Source: Candidatus Micrarchaeota archaeon
Lineage (GTDB): Archaea; Micrarchaeota; Micrarchaeia; Norongarragalinales; Norongarragalinaceae
Assembly (NCBI GenBank): GCA_043822385.1
Contig: JBDRBT010000015.1
Coordinates: 749-64,748 of the forward strand
Length of the DNA stretch: 64,000 bases
Direction: 5' to 3'
The notes beneath the pieces are model-generated. The model made no database searches, was not told the origin of the DNA, and saw nothing but the letters and a program-made list of their open reading frames with translations. Made by a program: the position numbers and the translations under genes. Positions 37,728 to 46,318 of the stretch are shown here, piece by piece (positions within the stretch are counted from its first letter, which is position 1; every line of letters begins with the position of its first letter).

Positions 37728-38006
37728 TCATTTCCTTCTGAAACTTATTTTAGTTTCTTTTGATTCGTTTAATCTTTCAACGAGCTTGAGGAACATGCCT
37801 TCGCTTATTTTTCCTTGAATCTGGTTGTTTTGGTACAAGTACAAAATTGTTTGCACAATTTTCTCGTACAAGCTGGGGTTTGCTACCCGAATGTTTTGAA
37901 GTCTTTCGAAAGCAATTGAATCAAGCAAGCTTCGCATTACTTCCTTCTTTTTTTGTTCAATCAATTGTTTTCTTAACAATTCGTTGCTTTCTTCGTCTTC
38001 ACTCAT
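37728..38006 (-). CDS. PDCD5/TFAR19-like dsDNA-binding protein
   Basis: 92 aa. LLDSIAFERLQNIRVANPSLYEKIVQTILYL pattern; conserved position between S19e and L39e. Confidence 0.7.
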   Translation of the reverse strand: MSEDEESNELLRKQLIEQKKKEVMRSLLDSIAFERLQNIRVANPSLYEKIVQTILYLYQNNQIQGKISEGMFLKLVERLNESKETKISFRRK

Positions 38007-38422
38007 TTTTTATCTTCTTTAAACAATTTTTCAAGGAATGACAAGCCTTTTGGCGCGATTACTCTGCCTTTCTTTTTCGCTTCGTTTTGTTTAATGAAGC
38101 TGATCATTTCTAGTTTTTGTAATCCTAACCTAATTATTTTTCCGCCAGCTTTCCTGTGGTGAAACCGGCTTACTTTGTGTTCTTTTCGTTCTCCGTACTT
38201 GTTGCGTAGTCTTTCAGTTCCTACTGGTCCTCGTTTGTATACTGTTAAAAGTATTGAAGCTAGCCTGTGGTACCAGAAATCCGGGCTTTCAGGCAGTCTT
38301 TCGTTACCTGCTCCTGCTTTAACTAACCCAACCCATTCTGGGGGTTTTAGTGACTCTATTTTTTTTAGTTCTCCCGCGATTGCTTTAATTGCTTTGTCAG
38401 CAGGATGGTCTAGAATACTCAT
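38003..38422 (-). CDS. rps19e: Ribosomal protein S19e
   Basis: PEWVGLVKAGAGNERLPE..DFWYHRLASILLTVY..GPVGTERLRNKYGERK. Confidence 0.9.
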   Translation of the reverse strand: MSILDHPADKAIKAIAGELKKIESLKPPEWVGLVKAGAGNERLPESPDFWYHRLASILLTVYKRGPVGTERLRNKYGERKEHKVSRFHHRKAGGKIIRLGLQKLEMISFIKQNEAKKKGRVIAPKGLSFLEKLFKEDKK

Positions 38423-38533
38423 TTGCTCACCTATTTTTGAAATACTTTGTCGAACCAGCTACGGTTCATTCCAAACAAAGAAACTTACAGCTGTAAATAA
38501 TACTGCCAAGACTGGTTTTTAAACGTGTTCGCT

Positions 38534-39841
38534 TTAGTTTGAATAGCAGTTTCCATCAAAGAAACAATTGGTTCCTGTTGGGCAGCCGCAGGTAAAGCAG
38601 TCGGGCCAAAGAATTCCCCCGAGGCATATGTTTGGTTGGTTTGTTGAACACTGGAAGTTTTGTGTGCCGTCTTGACAGTTGTATTGTGTTTGTGGTAGGG
38701 GTTTTATTACGTTTGGATATTGAATTACGGGGGTTGTTACGTTAGCCAAACAAGTATCGCGAGTGTTTGGAAACGGCAGGACTTTAAGCGACCGAGCTGT
38801 TTTGACGTCTATTATTACGGCCATACTTTGGTTGTTTCCTTGCCTGAGGTCCTCCATTTCTTGGTTGTATCGTTCTTCTGCAGCAATCGCTGCTTCCTGA
38901 AAAGACTTTGTGCCAGTTGCGGTAGTTTCAATGAACGTTACGCTAGAACTGTTTCGGTCGTTGCGAACTGCGACAAACGCGTGTCCTGGAACAATAATTA
39001 TTATTGGTTCTAGCCCTATTTTTTCGAATATTGCTGCGTAAAGAACTGTTCCGTCAATGCAGTTAGCGTTCTTTGTTTCTATTGATTCGAAAGGCAAGCG
39101 CACGTTTTGCGAGAAGTCTTTAGGATCGCCGAACGTAATTAGGCTGTTAACGTAAGACATTCCGTGTGCCTGCAGAGTTTCGTAAACCGCTTGTGCCTGC
39201 TGCATCGTAAGAAGCGCTTTTTCCTCGTCGGTCTTGCCTGCATAACCCTGGTAGTCAGAAAACGCTCGGTTCGGCATTAATTCTTTTGCAGCAGAAATAA
39301 CTTTTTCTACACACGGATCGTTAGGGGTTACCCACTGTGCTGCAAGGAAAGGCACGAAAACAGTTTCGTTACCGAATTCTTTTACAAAAACAAGCTGAGT
39401 TGCGGAAGTTATTCCAATATCCTGCACTGCAGAATAAACCTGTTGGCCGTTTTTCTCTGCGGCATAACTGACTTGCGCGGTTTGGTACTCGCGGTTTTTG
39501 TAAAGCTTGTCTTTGAACGCGAGAGTGAACTGTAGTACCCTAATTTCGTTTGGTTTGAGGAAAACGGTTTGTGATGCTTTTTCGCTCCATTCTGGAATTT
39601 CTACAGTTATTATGTAATTTCCTTCTTCGTTTCCATTTCGTACTTCACAGAAAGTTGCGCCCATTTGAGTTTGAGTGAATATTATTACCGCGGGGTTAAG
39701 TGGCGAGTCCGTGTTGCATGAAAGCTGGAAAACTCCTGGCGGAGCGGTGTTAGTGGTTTCTCCTGTTTGATTCTCTTCCAAGCAACCCACTGTTAAAAGC
39801 ATTAACGCCAGCAGTGCGAGTGTTTTGTTCATCTTACGCAT
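38534..39841 (-). CDS. Secreted lipoprotein-like protein with a transglutaminase-like Cys/His core and Cys-rich C-terminus
   Basis: Signal/lipobox LLALMLLTVGC. NANCIDGTVLYAAIFEKIGLEPIIIIVPGHAFVAV resembles a papain-like Cys...His fold. C-terminal 50 aa has 8 Cys. Start moved to the internal Met. Confidence 0.5.
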   Translation of the reverse strand: MRKMNKTLALLALMLLTVGCLEENQTGETTNTAPPGVFQLSCNTDSPLNPAVIIFTQTQMGATFCEVRNGNEEGNYIITVEIPEWSEKASQTVFLKPNEIRVLQFTLAFKDKLYKNREYQTAQVSYAAEKNGQQVYSAVQDIGITSATQLVFVKEFGNETVFVPFLAAQWVTPNDPCVEKVISAAKELMPNRAFSDYQGYAGKTDEEKALLTMQQAQAVYETLQAHGMSYVNSLITFGDPKDFSQNVRLPFESIETKNANCIDGTVLYAAIFEKIGLEPIIIIVPGHAFVAVRNDRNSSSVTFIETTATGTKSFQEAAIAAEERYNQEMEDLRQGNNQSMAVIIDVKTARSLKVLPFPNTRDTCLANVTTPVIQYPNVIKPLPQTQYNCQDGTQNFQCSTNQPNICLGGILWPDCFTCGCPTGTNCFFDGNCYSN

Positions 39842-39879
39842 TAACAAAAAGCGGTTAAAAAGCAGTTCGACTCTCGTTT

Positions 39880-40617
39880 TTATTTTGAATGTGAGTTCGT
39901 CCACATGAAGTCGAAGAATTCTTTGTAAGTGTCTGCAGCGCGCTTGTTTTCAATTAAAATTGCTTCGGGTGGATTGCTCCAGAGAATTATAGCTATCTTG
40001 TTTCCGTAAACATTAGTTACTACTGGAGACTTGACGCGCATTGGAATGCTTTTTACTTGCCTGTATTTTGCGGATTTCAGTGAGCGTCCTTCTCGCACAA
40101 TGCTTTTTACTGGAATTTTGTTTTTTTGTAGTGTTGAAATGAATTTTCTAGCGAATAACGGCATGCTTTCTTCAACTTGTCCTTCTGACCCGAAAATGCG
40201 GTTTAATTCCTTGCTTCGAACAATGTCTTCTAAAACCGTCCTTACCCCCTCTAACCCTTTGTATAGGCGCACGTTTTCTTCTAGCTTTGCTGCAGAGTGT
40301 TTCTTCTTTAATTCTGGCAGTATTTCTTCTATTGCCGAAATTTTTCTGTGCAGGAAGCTCTGTAGTTTTTCAGGGTTTGACGGTTGAAACCACTTTACCG
40401 TTCCTATTTTTACGTAAGAAACAAATCCCTTGCGTATAAGTGAATTTAACGCGTTGTACGTGGAACTCCGGTCTAAACTAGCTTCTTTAGCGGTTTTTCC
40501 TGCTTTCAAAGAGCCTTGTTCTAATAAAGTTAAGTAGACTTTAGCTTCATTTTCAGTTAAAATTTCTCGCAGTGCGTCTAAATTAGTTGTCATTTGTTGT
40601 AGAATGTTCTGCAACAT
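39880..40617 (-). CDS. TrmB-family transcriptional regulator
   Basis: EAKVYLTLLEQGSLKAGKTAKEASLDRSSTYNALNSLIRKGFVSYV wHTH plus C-terminal TrmB-type domain. Confidence 0.75.
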   Translation of the reverse strand: MLQNILQQMTTNLDALREILTENEAKVYLTLLEQGSLKAGKTAKEASLDRSSTYNALNSLIRKGFVSYVKIGTVKWFQPSNPEKLQSFLHRKISAIEEILPELKKKHSAAKLEENVRLYKGLEGVRTVLEDIVRSKELNRIFGSEGQVEESMPLFARKFISTLQKNKIPVKSIVREGRSLKSAKYRQVKSIPMRVKSPVVTNVYGNKIAIILWSNPPEAILIENKRAADTYKEFFDFMWTNSHSK

Positions 40618-40651
40618 TGTTATAAATGCTTTGCTCGAGTCTTCTTGAAGG

Positions 40652-41593
40652 GTGTGGTTTGAAATGAATGGAATGCAAAGGATAGATCGTGTGAATGCAG
40701 CGCTTTACGAGGGCGCGTTGGAATACTTTCTTTCAAACGGCTTTACTTGGGTTGAAACTCCCACTATCACTAGCATTACAGGTGCTTGCGAGAATGTTGA
40801 CACTCTTTATGCTTTAGACCACTTTGGCAAGCAAGCGTTTTTAGCGCAAACCGGCCAGCTTTATTTGGAAGCGAAAATTCCTGTTCACGAGAAAGTTTGG
40901 ACTACTATTACTAGTTCCAGGGCTGAATCAAAAATTGATGATAGGCACTTGAATCAATTCACGCTTTTAGAATTCGAGAGGCAAGGTGATTTTGAGGTTC
41001 TCTTGTCAACTATGGAAGAGTTAGTTCACTCAATGGTAAAGCGTGCATTAACTAAAACTGGAACTGATTTGAATTACTTGAGCCGCACTAGTCATTGCGA
41101 GGATTATTTGAAGCCTTTTGCTCGTTTGAGTTACGATGACGCGGTTGAATTGTGCGGAGTAGAGTGGGGCGCTGATTTGAAGCACGAGGATGAAATGAAA
41201 ATTGTTTCAGAGTACAATCAGCCCGTGTTTATTACGCGTTTTCCGCGTGAAATAAAGTTCTTTAACATGCGCGTTAATCGTGAGAACCCTGAGATTGTTA
41301 ATAGTGCTGACTTGATAATGCCTTTTTCTGGAGAAAGCGCTGGTGCAGCAGAACGCGAGAACGACTACGACTTGCTGGTTAAGCGTCTTTTAGAGAGCAG
41401 TATGTACGCAATGCTTTCTAAGCGCGGTGTTACTATGAAAGAGTTTGAGGATTACTTGAATACTGTGAAAACCAACCCGATTTTGCATTGTGGGGCTGGA
41501 ATTGGTTTCTCTCGCATTTCCCAAAGCGTTCTAGGGTTAACCGACATAAAGAAAACAACCGCTTACCCCTTAACTGCTCAAACACTGTTTTAA
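40652..41593 (+). CDS. AsnRS-like asparagine synthetase A (class II aaRS catalytic core without anticodon-binding domain)
   Basis: 313 aa beginning directly at the class II core (FTWVETPTIT.., FRAE replaced by SSRAES.., GAGIGFSRI motif 3). No N-terminal OB fold. Confidence 0.6.
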   Translation: MWFEMNGMQRIDRVNAALYEGALEYFLSNGFTWVETPTITSITGACENVDTLYALDHFGKQAFLAQTGQLYLEAKIPVHEKVWTTITSSRAESKIDDRHLNQFTLLEFERQGDFEVLLSTMEELVHSMVKRALTKTGTDLNYLSRTSHCEDYLKPFARLSYDDAVELCGVEWGADLKHEDEMKIVSEYNQPVFITRFPREIKFFNMRVNRENPEIVNSADLIMPFSGESAGAAERENDYDLLVKRLLESSMYAMLSKRGVTMKEFEDYLNTVKTNPILHCGAGIGFSRISQSVLGLTDIKKTTAYPLTAQTLF

Positions 41594-41889
41594 TTCTTGT
41601 ATTTTTTTGTTCTTCGCTTTACGCCGCACTTGATGCATTCTAGGACGATGAATTTGTTTTTTGAGTCAAGTCGTTTTTTTACTGTAGCTCCAAAAACAAA
41701 GGGAGTGCCGCATTTCCTGCAGAATTCTTTACCACCTAGACGAACGCGGTGCCTCATTCCTATTCGCCGCGCTAAGTCAACGTAGCGTAAAGCGAGTTTT
41801 TCGTCTTTACTCCACATTTTTTTCGCTAGAGCTAATAGTTTAGTGCAGCGTTCTTCGGCTATTTTTCTAGCGTCTATTCCTTTTTTCAC
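41590..41889 (-). CDS. rnp4: RNase P protein component 4 (Rpp21/Rpr2)
   Basis: 99 aa. LALRYVDLARRIGMRHRVRL then zinc ribbon FCRKCGTPF...LECIKCG. Confidence 0.8.
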   Translation of the reverse strand: MKKGIDARKIAEERCTKLLALAKKMWSKDEKLALRYVDLARRIGMRHRVRLGGKEFCRKCGTPFVFGATVKKRLDSKNKFIVLECIKCGVKRRTKKYKN

Positions 41890-41979
41890 TAGAAGTCTTA
41901 CAATGTTTCTTTTTAAAAACTTGAACTAGCAAAATAATTCGTTGCTATTAATGGGCTTGTAGCTCAGCCTGGTTTAGAG

Positions 41980-42000
41980 TCGCGTTAAAGCGCGCTGGAA
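41980..42000 (+). other. BHB-type tRNA intron at non-canonical position 24/25 (D-stem)
   Basis: H1 CTGGT(41969-73)/GCCAG(42002-06), H2 TTAG(41974-77)/CTGG(41995-98), bulges AGT(41978-80) and AAC(41999-42001), H3 CGCG/CGCG(41981-84/41991-94). Splicing restores D-stem GAGC. Confidence 0.65.
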
Positions 42001-42013
42001 CGCCAGTCTTATA

Positions 42014-42053
42014 CGACGCTCAAAGAAATTAAGTGCTTTGAGTCGGCTGAGAC
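42014..42053 (+). other. tRNA intron at canonical position 37/38
   Basis: Anticodon stem CCAGT(42003-07)/GCTGG(42055-59), H2 CTTA(42008-11)/TGAG(42048-51), bulges TAC and ACA. The inner helix is imperfect (relaxed BHB). Confidence 0.65.
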
Positions 42054-42121
42054 AGCTGGACGTCGAGGGTTCAAATCCCTCCAGGCCCACTCCTTTTATT
42101 CTGCTTTTTCGTTCTTTTTTC

Positions 42122-42631
42122 ATGTTTAAGGCTAAGGATTCTTTTACTCTGGCTAACGCTGCCTTGGGGGTAATGGCAGTAGCGTTCTTGTCTTTTGGTT
42201 ACTTGGTTTCCTTTTCACTAATTTTGCTAGCAATATTGTTTGATTTTTTTGACGGCTACCACTCTCGCAAGACGAAGACGTCTAATGATTTCGGCAAGCA
42301 GTTAGATTCTCTTGCCGACACGGTTTCTTTTGTTGTAGCGCCTGGCTTAATCGTGTTGTTTTCAGTTACGAACAAGGTTTTTGAAGTCGAGATTGTTTTA
42401 TTCGCTTTGCTTTCAGTGATTGTTTTCGTGATGGCTGGTTTGACTCGCTTGGCTAAATTTAATTTGCAAAAGAATTCGAAAGTGTATTACGGCTTGCCGG
42501 TTCCTTACGCTGCCTTATTCTTCATGGGTTTGACGCCGTTCCTTGGTTTTAACCCGGTTTACGCTGGTGTTTTAGGTCTAGTTATTGCGGGTTTAATGGT
42601 TTCCAACATTAAAGGCAGGAAGCTAGCTTAG
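42122..42631 (+). CDS. pssA: CDP-alcohol phosphatidyltransferase (archaetidylserine synthase-like)
   Basis: DFFDGYHSRKTKTSNDFGKQLDSLAD = D-G-x2-(A)R-x8-G-x3-D-x3-D motif. The track start at 42038 overlaps the tRNA; ATG 42122 used. Confidence 0.75.
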   Translation: MFKAKDSFTLANAALGVMAVAFLSFGYLVSFSLILLAILFDFFDGYHSRKTKTSNDFGKQLDSLADTVSFVVAPGLIVLFSVTNKVFEVEIVLFALLSVIVFVMAGLTRLAKFNLQKNSKVYYGLPVPYAALFFMGLTPFLGFNPVYAGVLGLVIAGLMVSNIKGRKLA

Positions 42632-43105
42632 CTTTTGTTTTAATGCTTCTTTAATTGCTTGTTTTTCTTCCTTGAAAAAAAGTTTTTTTAATGCTTCTTC
42701 AGGTGGAAACCACTGCACTTCAATTATTCCTTCATCCATAGCGTCTAGAGTGAGTTCAGCGTTTTGTTTTGTTTCAACAAAAAAACTAGTTACGTTTTGA
42801 GCGTGTTTTCCTTTTACTTCATAGTAATACACTTGTTTTGGTTCACTGGCTTGAGTTATTCCTGTTTCTTCTCTTAATTCGCGTTTAAGTGTTTCTTCCA
42901 GAGTTTCGTTGTCGTCTACTCCTCCTTTAGGCAAGCGCCAGTAAAACCTTGTTTTAATTCGGTCTTTTCTTTTAGCTAGGAGAATTCTCTGGTTGTTGAA
43001 AATAATTATTTGAACGCGTTTTTCAGTCCTCATTTCGTTAGTCAATAGTTTTTTTCCAAATAATAAGGAATTCTTTTTAGTGATTTTGCGTTCTTTTAAA
43101 AACAC
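42623..43105 (-). CDS. NUDIX hydrolase
   Basis: Nudix box GGVDDNETLEETLKRELREETGI. Confidence 0.8.
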   Translation of the reverse strand: MFLKERKITKKNSLLFGKKLLTNEMRTEKRVQIIIFNNQRILLAKRKDRIKTRFYWRLPKGGVDDNETLEETLKRELREETGITQASEPKQVYYYEVKGKHAQNVTSFFVETKQNAELTLDAMDEGIIEVQWFPPEEALKKLFFKEEKQAIKEALKQKLS

Positions 43106-43132
43106 TAGGTTTGTTTATTATTAGGGGATTTT

Positions 43133-44065
43133 ATGAAAAAATTATTATTGTTTGTTTTATTAGCAAGTCTTGTTTTTGCAGTCGGAACTAACAATAAAAA
43201 TGCGGAAAAGACTTATGCCGCAGAAATAACTGGGCTAGTAAATTCCGTTAGAGTGGTTACCGCGCCTTTAGTTGCTAGGGGCGAAATCAATGCATCTGTT
43301 TCGGTTATCCGTTCAAAAACGCTTATTCAAAACCAGCTGCAGACCGTAGACGCGCTGAGAGTTAAGTATAATGCTAGTAATTTAAGAGTTAGAGTACGGG
43401 AGTGTAACCGTGAAGCAAATTGTGTTTCTTCTTTACAAAGGAACGTGGTTGCTTTTATTCACGCTCACTGGAATGGCTTCAGCAAGATTTTTGATGAATT
43501 AATTGAGCTTGGTTTCCCTGAAAGTAAAATAAATGAAATGAAGGACTATTTACAAGCGCAGAGGGCCGCTATTTCCAATACTACTAATAAAACTGAAGTA
43601 AGAGAAATACTTGATTCCACTAATGAAAAGTTGCGTGAATTCAGGCGGGAAGCCCTTAGGTTCATGCTTGACTACAAAGAAGACCAAGCAATCAATAATA
43701 CTACTGAGATTTTAGGTAAGCTCGAGCAAGTGCGTTTGCAGTTGGTTGAGCGTGGGATTAACGTGACTGTTTTCGATGAAGCAGCTAATCGTGTGCGTGT
43801 ACAACTGCGTGTTATTGAAGATGATTCACAAGGTTTGGTTTTAGAGTGGGCTGAGCTTTACCGTTTAAAGTATTCCTTGCGTTCTTTAAAGCAAGTAGTT
43901 CTCAAGAAGATTAACAACCAGCCTGTAACGCCTTCTGACTTGAATGCCAGTGTTTCTGAAGATGTTTTATTGAATGCGGTTCCAGAGATGGTTCACGCTG
44001 AAGTAGTGCAGGCATTTAATAACGGCGAATTAAAGTCGGTTTCTGAAGATTCTGAGGAGGATTGA
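43133..44065 (+). CDS. Secreted helical hypothetical protein
   Basis: Signal peptide MKKLLLFVLLASLVFA; remainder predicted long helices; acidic tail. Confidence 0.4.
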   Translation: MKKLLLFVLLASLVFAVGTNNKNAEKTYAAEITGLVNSVRVVTAPLVARGEINASVSVIRSKTLIQNQLQTVDALRVKYNASNLRVRVRECNREANCVSSLQRNVVAFIHAHWNGFSKIFDELIELGFPESKINEMKDYLQAQRAAISNTTNKTEVREILDSTNEKLREFRREALRFMLDYKEDQAINNTTEILGKLEQVRLQLVERGINVTVFDEAANRVRVQLRVIEDDSQGLVLEWAELYRLKYSLRSLKQVVLKKINNQPVTPSDLNASVSEDVLLNAVPEMVHAEVVQAFNNGELKSVSEDSEED

Positions 44066-44280
44066 TTATTTTGAAGCGGTTTGTTTTTGGTTTATTGGTT
44101 ATTTCAGTATTTTTGTTGGGTTGTTTGCAACAGCCGGCTTCCCCAACCGCCACTCCTACTCCTGAGATATCTACGGATTTTGCGGGAGATATTGATAACA
44201 CGGTTAACACCCTGGATTTTAATATGGATTTAGGTAGTGATTTGAATTACACTGACGACGATTTAAGCGTTTTTGATTAA
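44062..44280 (+). CDS. Small secreted lipoprotein-like protein
   Basis: 72 aa. LLVISVFLLGC lipobox-like signal, Thr/Pro linker, acidic tail. Confidence 0.35.
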   Translation: MIILKRFVFGLLVISVFLLGCLQQPASPTATPTPEISTDFAGDIDNTVNTLDFNMDLGSDLNYTDDDLSVFD

Positions 44281-45497
44281 GTTTCAAGTAATTCGCTTTT
44301 ATCCAAGTCGAGGGAAAGCTCACCTTCAACAATCGAGTTAGCTTTTATCTTGATAAATGGCCATATTTTGCTTCTGCTTAACACGCGAGTTCTTTCTCCT
44401 ATAACGCAGTCGTGACCAATTATTACCAGGTCGTCTATCTTGCAGTTTTTTTCTATTGACGTGTTGTAGTCGATTATTGCGTCGTAAATTCTGCTGGCTT
44501 CACCTACTTTAGTATTCTCGAATAAAATGCTTCCAGAAACCGTGGAGTCTTTACTTATTTCAGTTCCCTTCATTAAGTGAACGTAAGGCCCGATAATGCA
44601 GTTGTCACCTATTTTGCAGTTGTCTTCAATTATTGTTGGGCCGCGTATTACCGCGTTTTCACCTATTTCCACGTTTTTCCCTTTAATTACTTGTTCGTCT
44701 GAACCGTTTTTGATTAGTAACTCCATTGCTAGCTTGTTTGTTTCAATGTAAGTTTCTGCAGTTCCAATGTCTCCCCAAATTCCTTCAAAAACTAGTCCGT
44801 GCAAAGGAATTTTTTCAACGTAATGCTGCCACAAGTCTCCGGGCCGGTCTGCTTTTTCTCCCTTCTTGTGTTTTTCTTTAATGTATTCCGGCAAGTGCTG
44901 ATTAACAAATTCTTCAGAAAGCCGGTAAATCAAGGTTGAAGCTAGTTTAGATTTTGCTTGTTCTACTTTAGGTTTTTCCTGGAAAGCGGTTATGCGCTTG
45001 TTTTTGTCTACTATACCTATTCCGAATTGTTCCACTAAGTTTTTGTCTTTCAAGTTGTACAACGCAATGCTTGCGGGGTGTTCGTGCTTCATGTGTTTCA
45101 AGTCAAGACCGTAAACAAAATTATCTCCACCGACCACTAAGCATTCTTCCTTGATTTTCTTTTTTTCTATTACGTAGTTTATTGCTCCAAGCCCGCCTAG
45201 TTTATTCGAGTCGTTAGCGCTTTCTTCAAAACAATAATCTATTTTTACCCCGTATTTTTCACCGTTACCAAAGTATTTTTGTATTGCTTTTTGCTTGACG
45301 TTCAAGCCGACTGTTATTTCTTTTATTCCCGAGTCCTTCAACATTTCCACTAAGTATTGCATTACTGGCTTGCCTGCAACTGGAAGTAATACTTTGGGTC
45401 GTTTTAGAGTAAGCGGGTAAAGGCGAGTTGAATAGCCTCCTGTTAACAAAATTGCTTTCTTCAAATTAAAAATCACCTTTTCTTGTTTTTGTTCCAC
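44277..45497 (-). CDS. Sugar-phosphate nucleotidyltransferase with C-terminal hexapeptide-repeat domain (second GlmU-like paralog)
   Basis: LTGGYSTRLYPLT nucleotidyltransferase motif; C-terminal left-handed beta-helix repeats. Confidence 0.7.
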   Translation of the reverse strand: MEQKQEKVIFNLKKAILLTGGYSTRLYPLTLKRPKVLLPVAGKPVMQYLVEMLKDSGIKEITVGLNVKQKAIQKYFGNGEKYGVKIDYCFEESANDSNKLGGLGAINYVIEKKKIKEECLVVGGDNFVYGLDLKHMKHEHPASIALYNLKDKNLVEQFGIGIVDKNKRITAFQEKPKVEQAKSKLASTLIYRLSEEFVNQHLPEYIKEKHKKGEKADRPGDLWQHYVEKIPLHGLVFEGIWGDIGTAETYIETNKLAMELLIKNGSDEQVIKGKNVEIGENAVIRGPTIIEDNCKIGDNCIIGPYVHLMKGTEISKDSTVSGSILFENTKVGEASRIYDAIIDYNTSIEKNCKIDDLVIIGHDCVIGERTRVLSRSKIWPFIKIKANSIVEGELSLDLDKSELLET

Positions 45498-46312
45498 ACA
45501 CTAATGAATTCTTCATAATTCCTGCTGATTTCTTTAATTGCTTTTTTCCTGTTAATTTTTCCTTCATTAAGTTTTTTGAGTGGGTTAGCGAAAACCGTTC
45601 TGCCTACAGCGAAGCCAATTACTCCCTTGGTTTTCGCGCCTATTTTCACCCACTGTTTAGTTTTTGCTTTAGTTTCGCCGCGACCTAGAATTATTATTCC
45701 TTCACAAGGCACATTGGAAACTAGTTTTACTAGTGTTTTGCATTGTTTTAGCGAGCTAACTCCCTCTAATTTCCATATTGTTGGTTTTATTCCTGCTTGC
45801 TGGATTTGTTTTATTGCGTGAATCATTAACGCCGGTCTTATTTTTTCCTCGTAATTCTTTATCTTCTTGACTGGTTGCACTACCATTTCAAGCAAGAATT
45901 TTTTCCCGTGTGTTTCTAGTTCACTGCTAACTTTCTTTAATGCCTTTAACTGCTTGAAATTATTCGCGGTTGGATTAAAGCGAACTAGCGCTTTGCAGTA
46001 ATCCGGATTTATTTTTTTTATTCGTTGCAGCCAATTTTTGTATTGAATCGTGAATTCTTTGCAACCGCTTTTTTCCAGCGTGTACAAGGTAATAATTCCC
46101 CTTTTTTTCGCGTTTAAAAGTATTTCTTTGCCGTATTCTTCATCAACTAGTATTGCGCCTTTTCCGCCAGCTTTTTTCCTTGAAGCGAGGAATGCCTCGT
46201 AAATTATTTTTTTTGCTTCACGCAAGAATTTTTTCTGCTTTTCAGTCGGTTTTTCGCCGCTGCTTTTAATTAAGGAAGATCTGTGGTCGAAAGGTAAAAT
46301 AAACAATTCCAT
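45473..46312 (-). CDS. DUF2090/class I aldolase-like TIM-barrel protein
   Basis: FILPFDHRSSL N-terminus, VDEEYG and WKLEG motifs resemble the DUF2090 (IolC C-terminal/LacD-like) family. Confidence 0.4.
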   Translation of the reverse strand: MELFILPFDHRSSLIKSSGEKPTEKQKKFLREAKKIIYEAFLASRKKAGGKGAILVDEEYGKEILLNAKKRGIITLYTLEKSGCKEFTIQYKNWLQRIKKINPDYCKALVRFNPTANNFKQLKALKKVSSELETHGKKFLLEMVVQPVKKIKNYEEKIRPALMIHAIKQIQQAGIKPTIWKLEGVSSLKQCKTLVKLVSNVPCEGIIILGRGETKAKTKQWVKIGAKTKGVIGFAVGRTVFANPLKKLNEGKINRKKAIKEISRNYEEFISVWNKNKKR

Positions 46313-46318
46313 TACAAT

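Larger units (their letters stand above)
41953..42089 (+). tRNA. tRNA-Ile (anticodon UAU) interrupted by two introns
   Basis: Spliced 76-nt product: GGGCTTG-TA-GCTC-AGCCTGGTTTA-GAGC-G-CCAGT-CTTATAA-GCTGG-ACGTC-GAGGG-TTCAAAT-CCCTC-CAGGCCC-A. Both introns are supported by hand-drawn BHB motifs. Confidence 0.7.

Noticed and set aside
42038-42121. N-terminal extension of the CDP-alcohol phosphatidyltransferase ORF
   Set aside because: It overlaps the 3' half of the tRNA-Ile gene. ATG 42122 gives a normal membrane-protein N-terminus.
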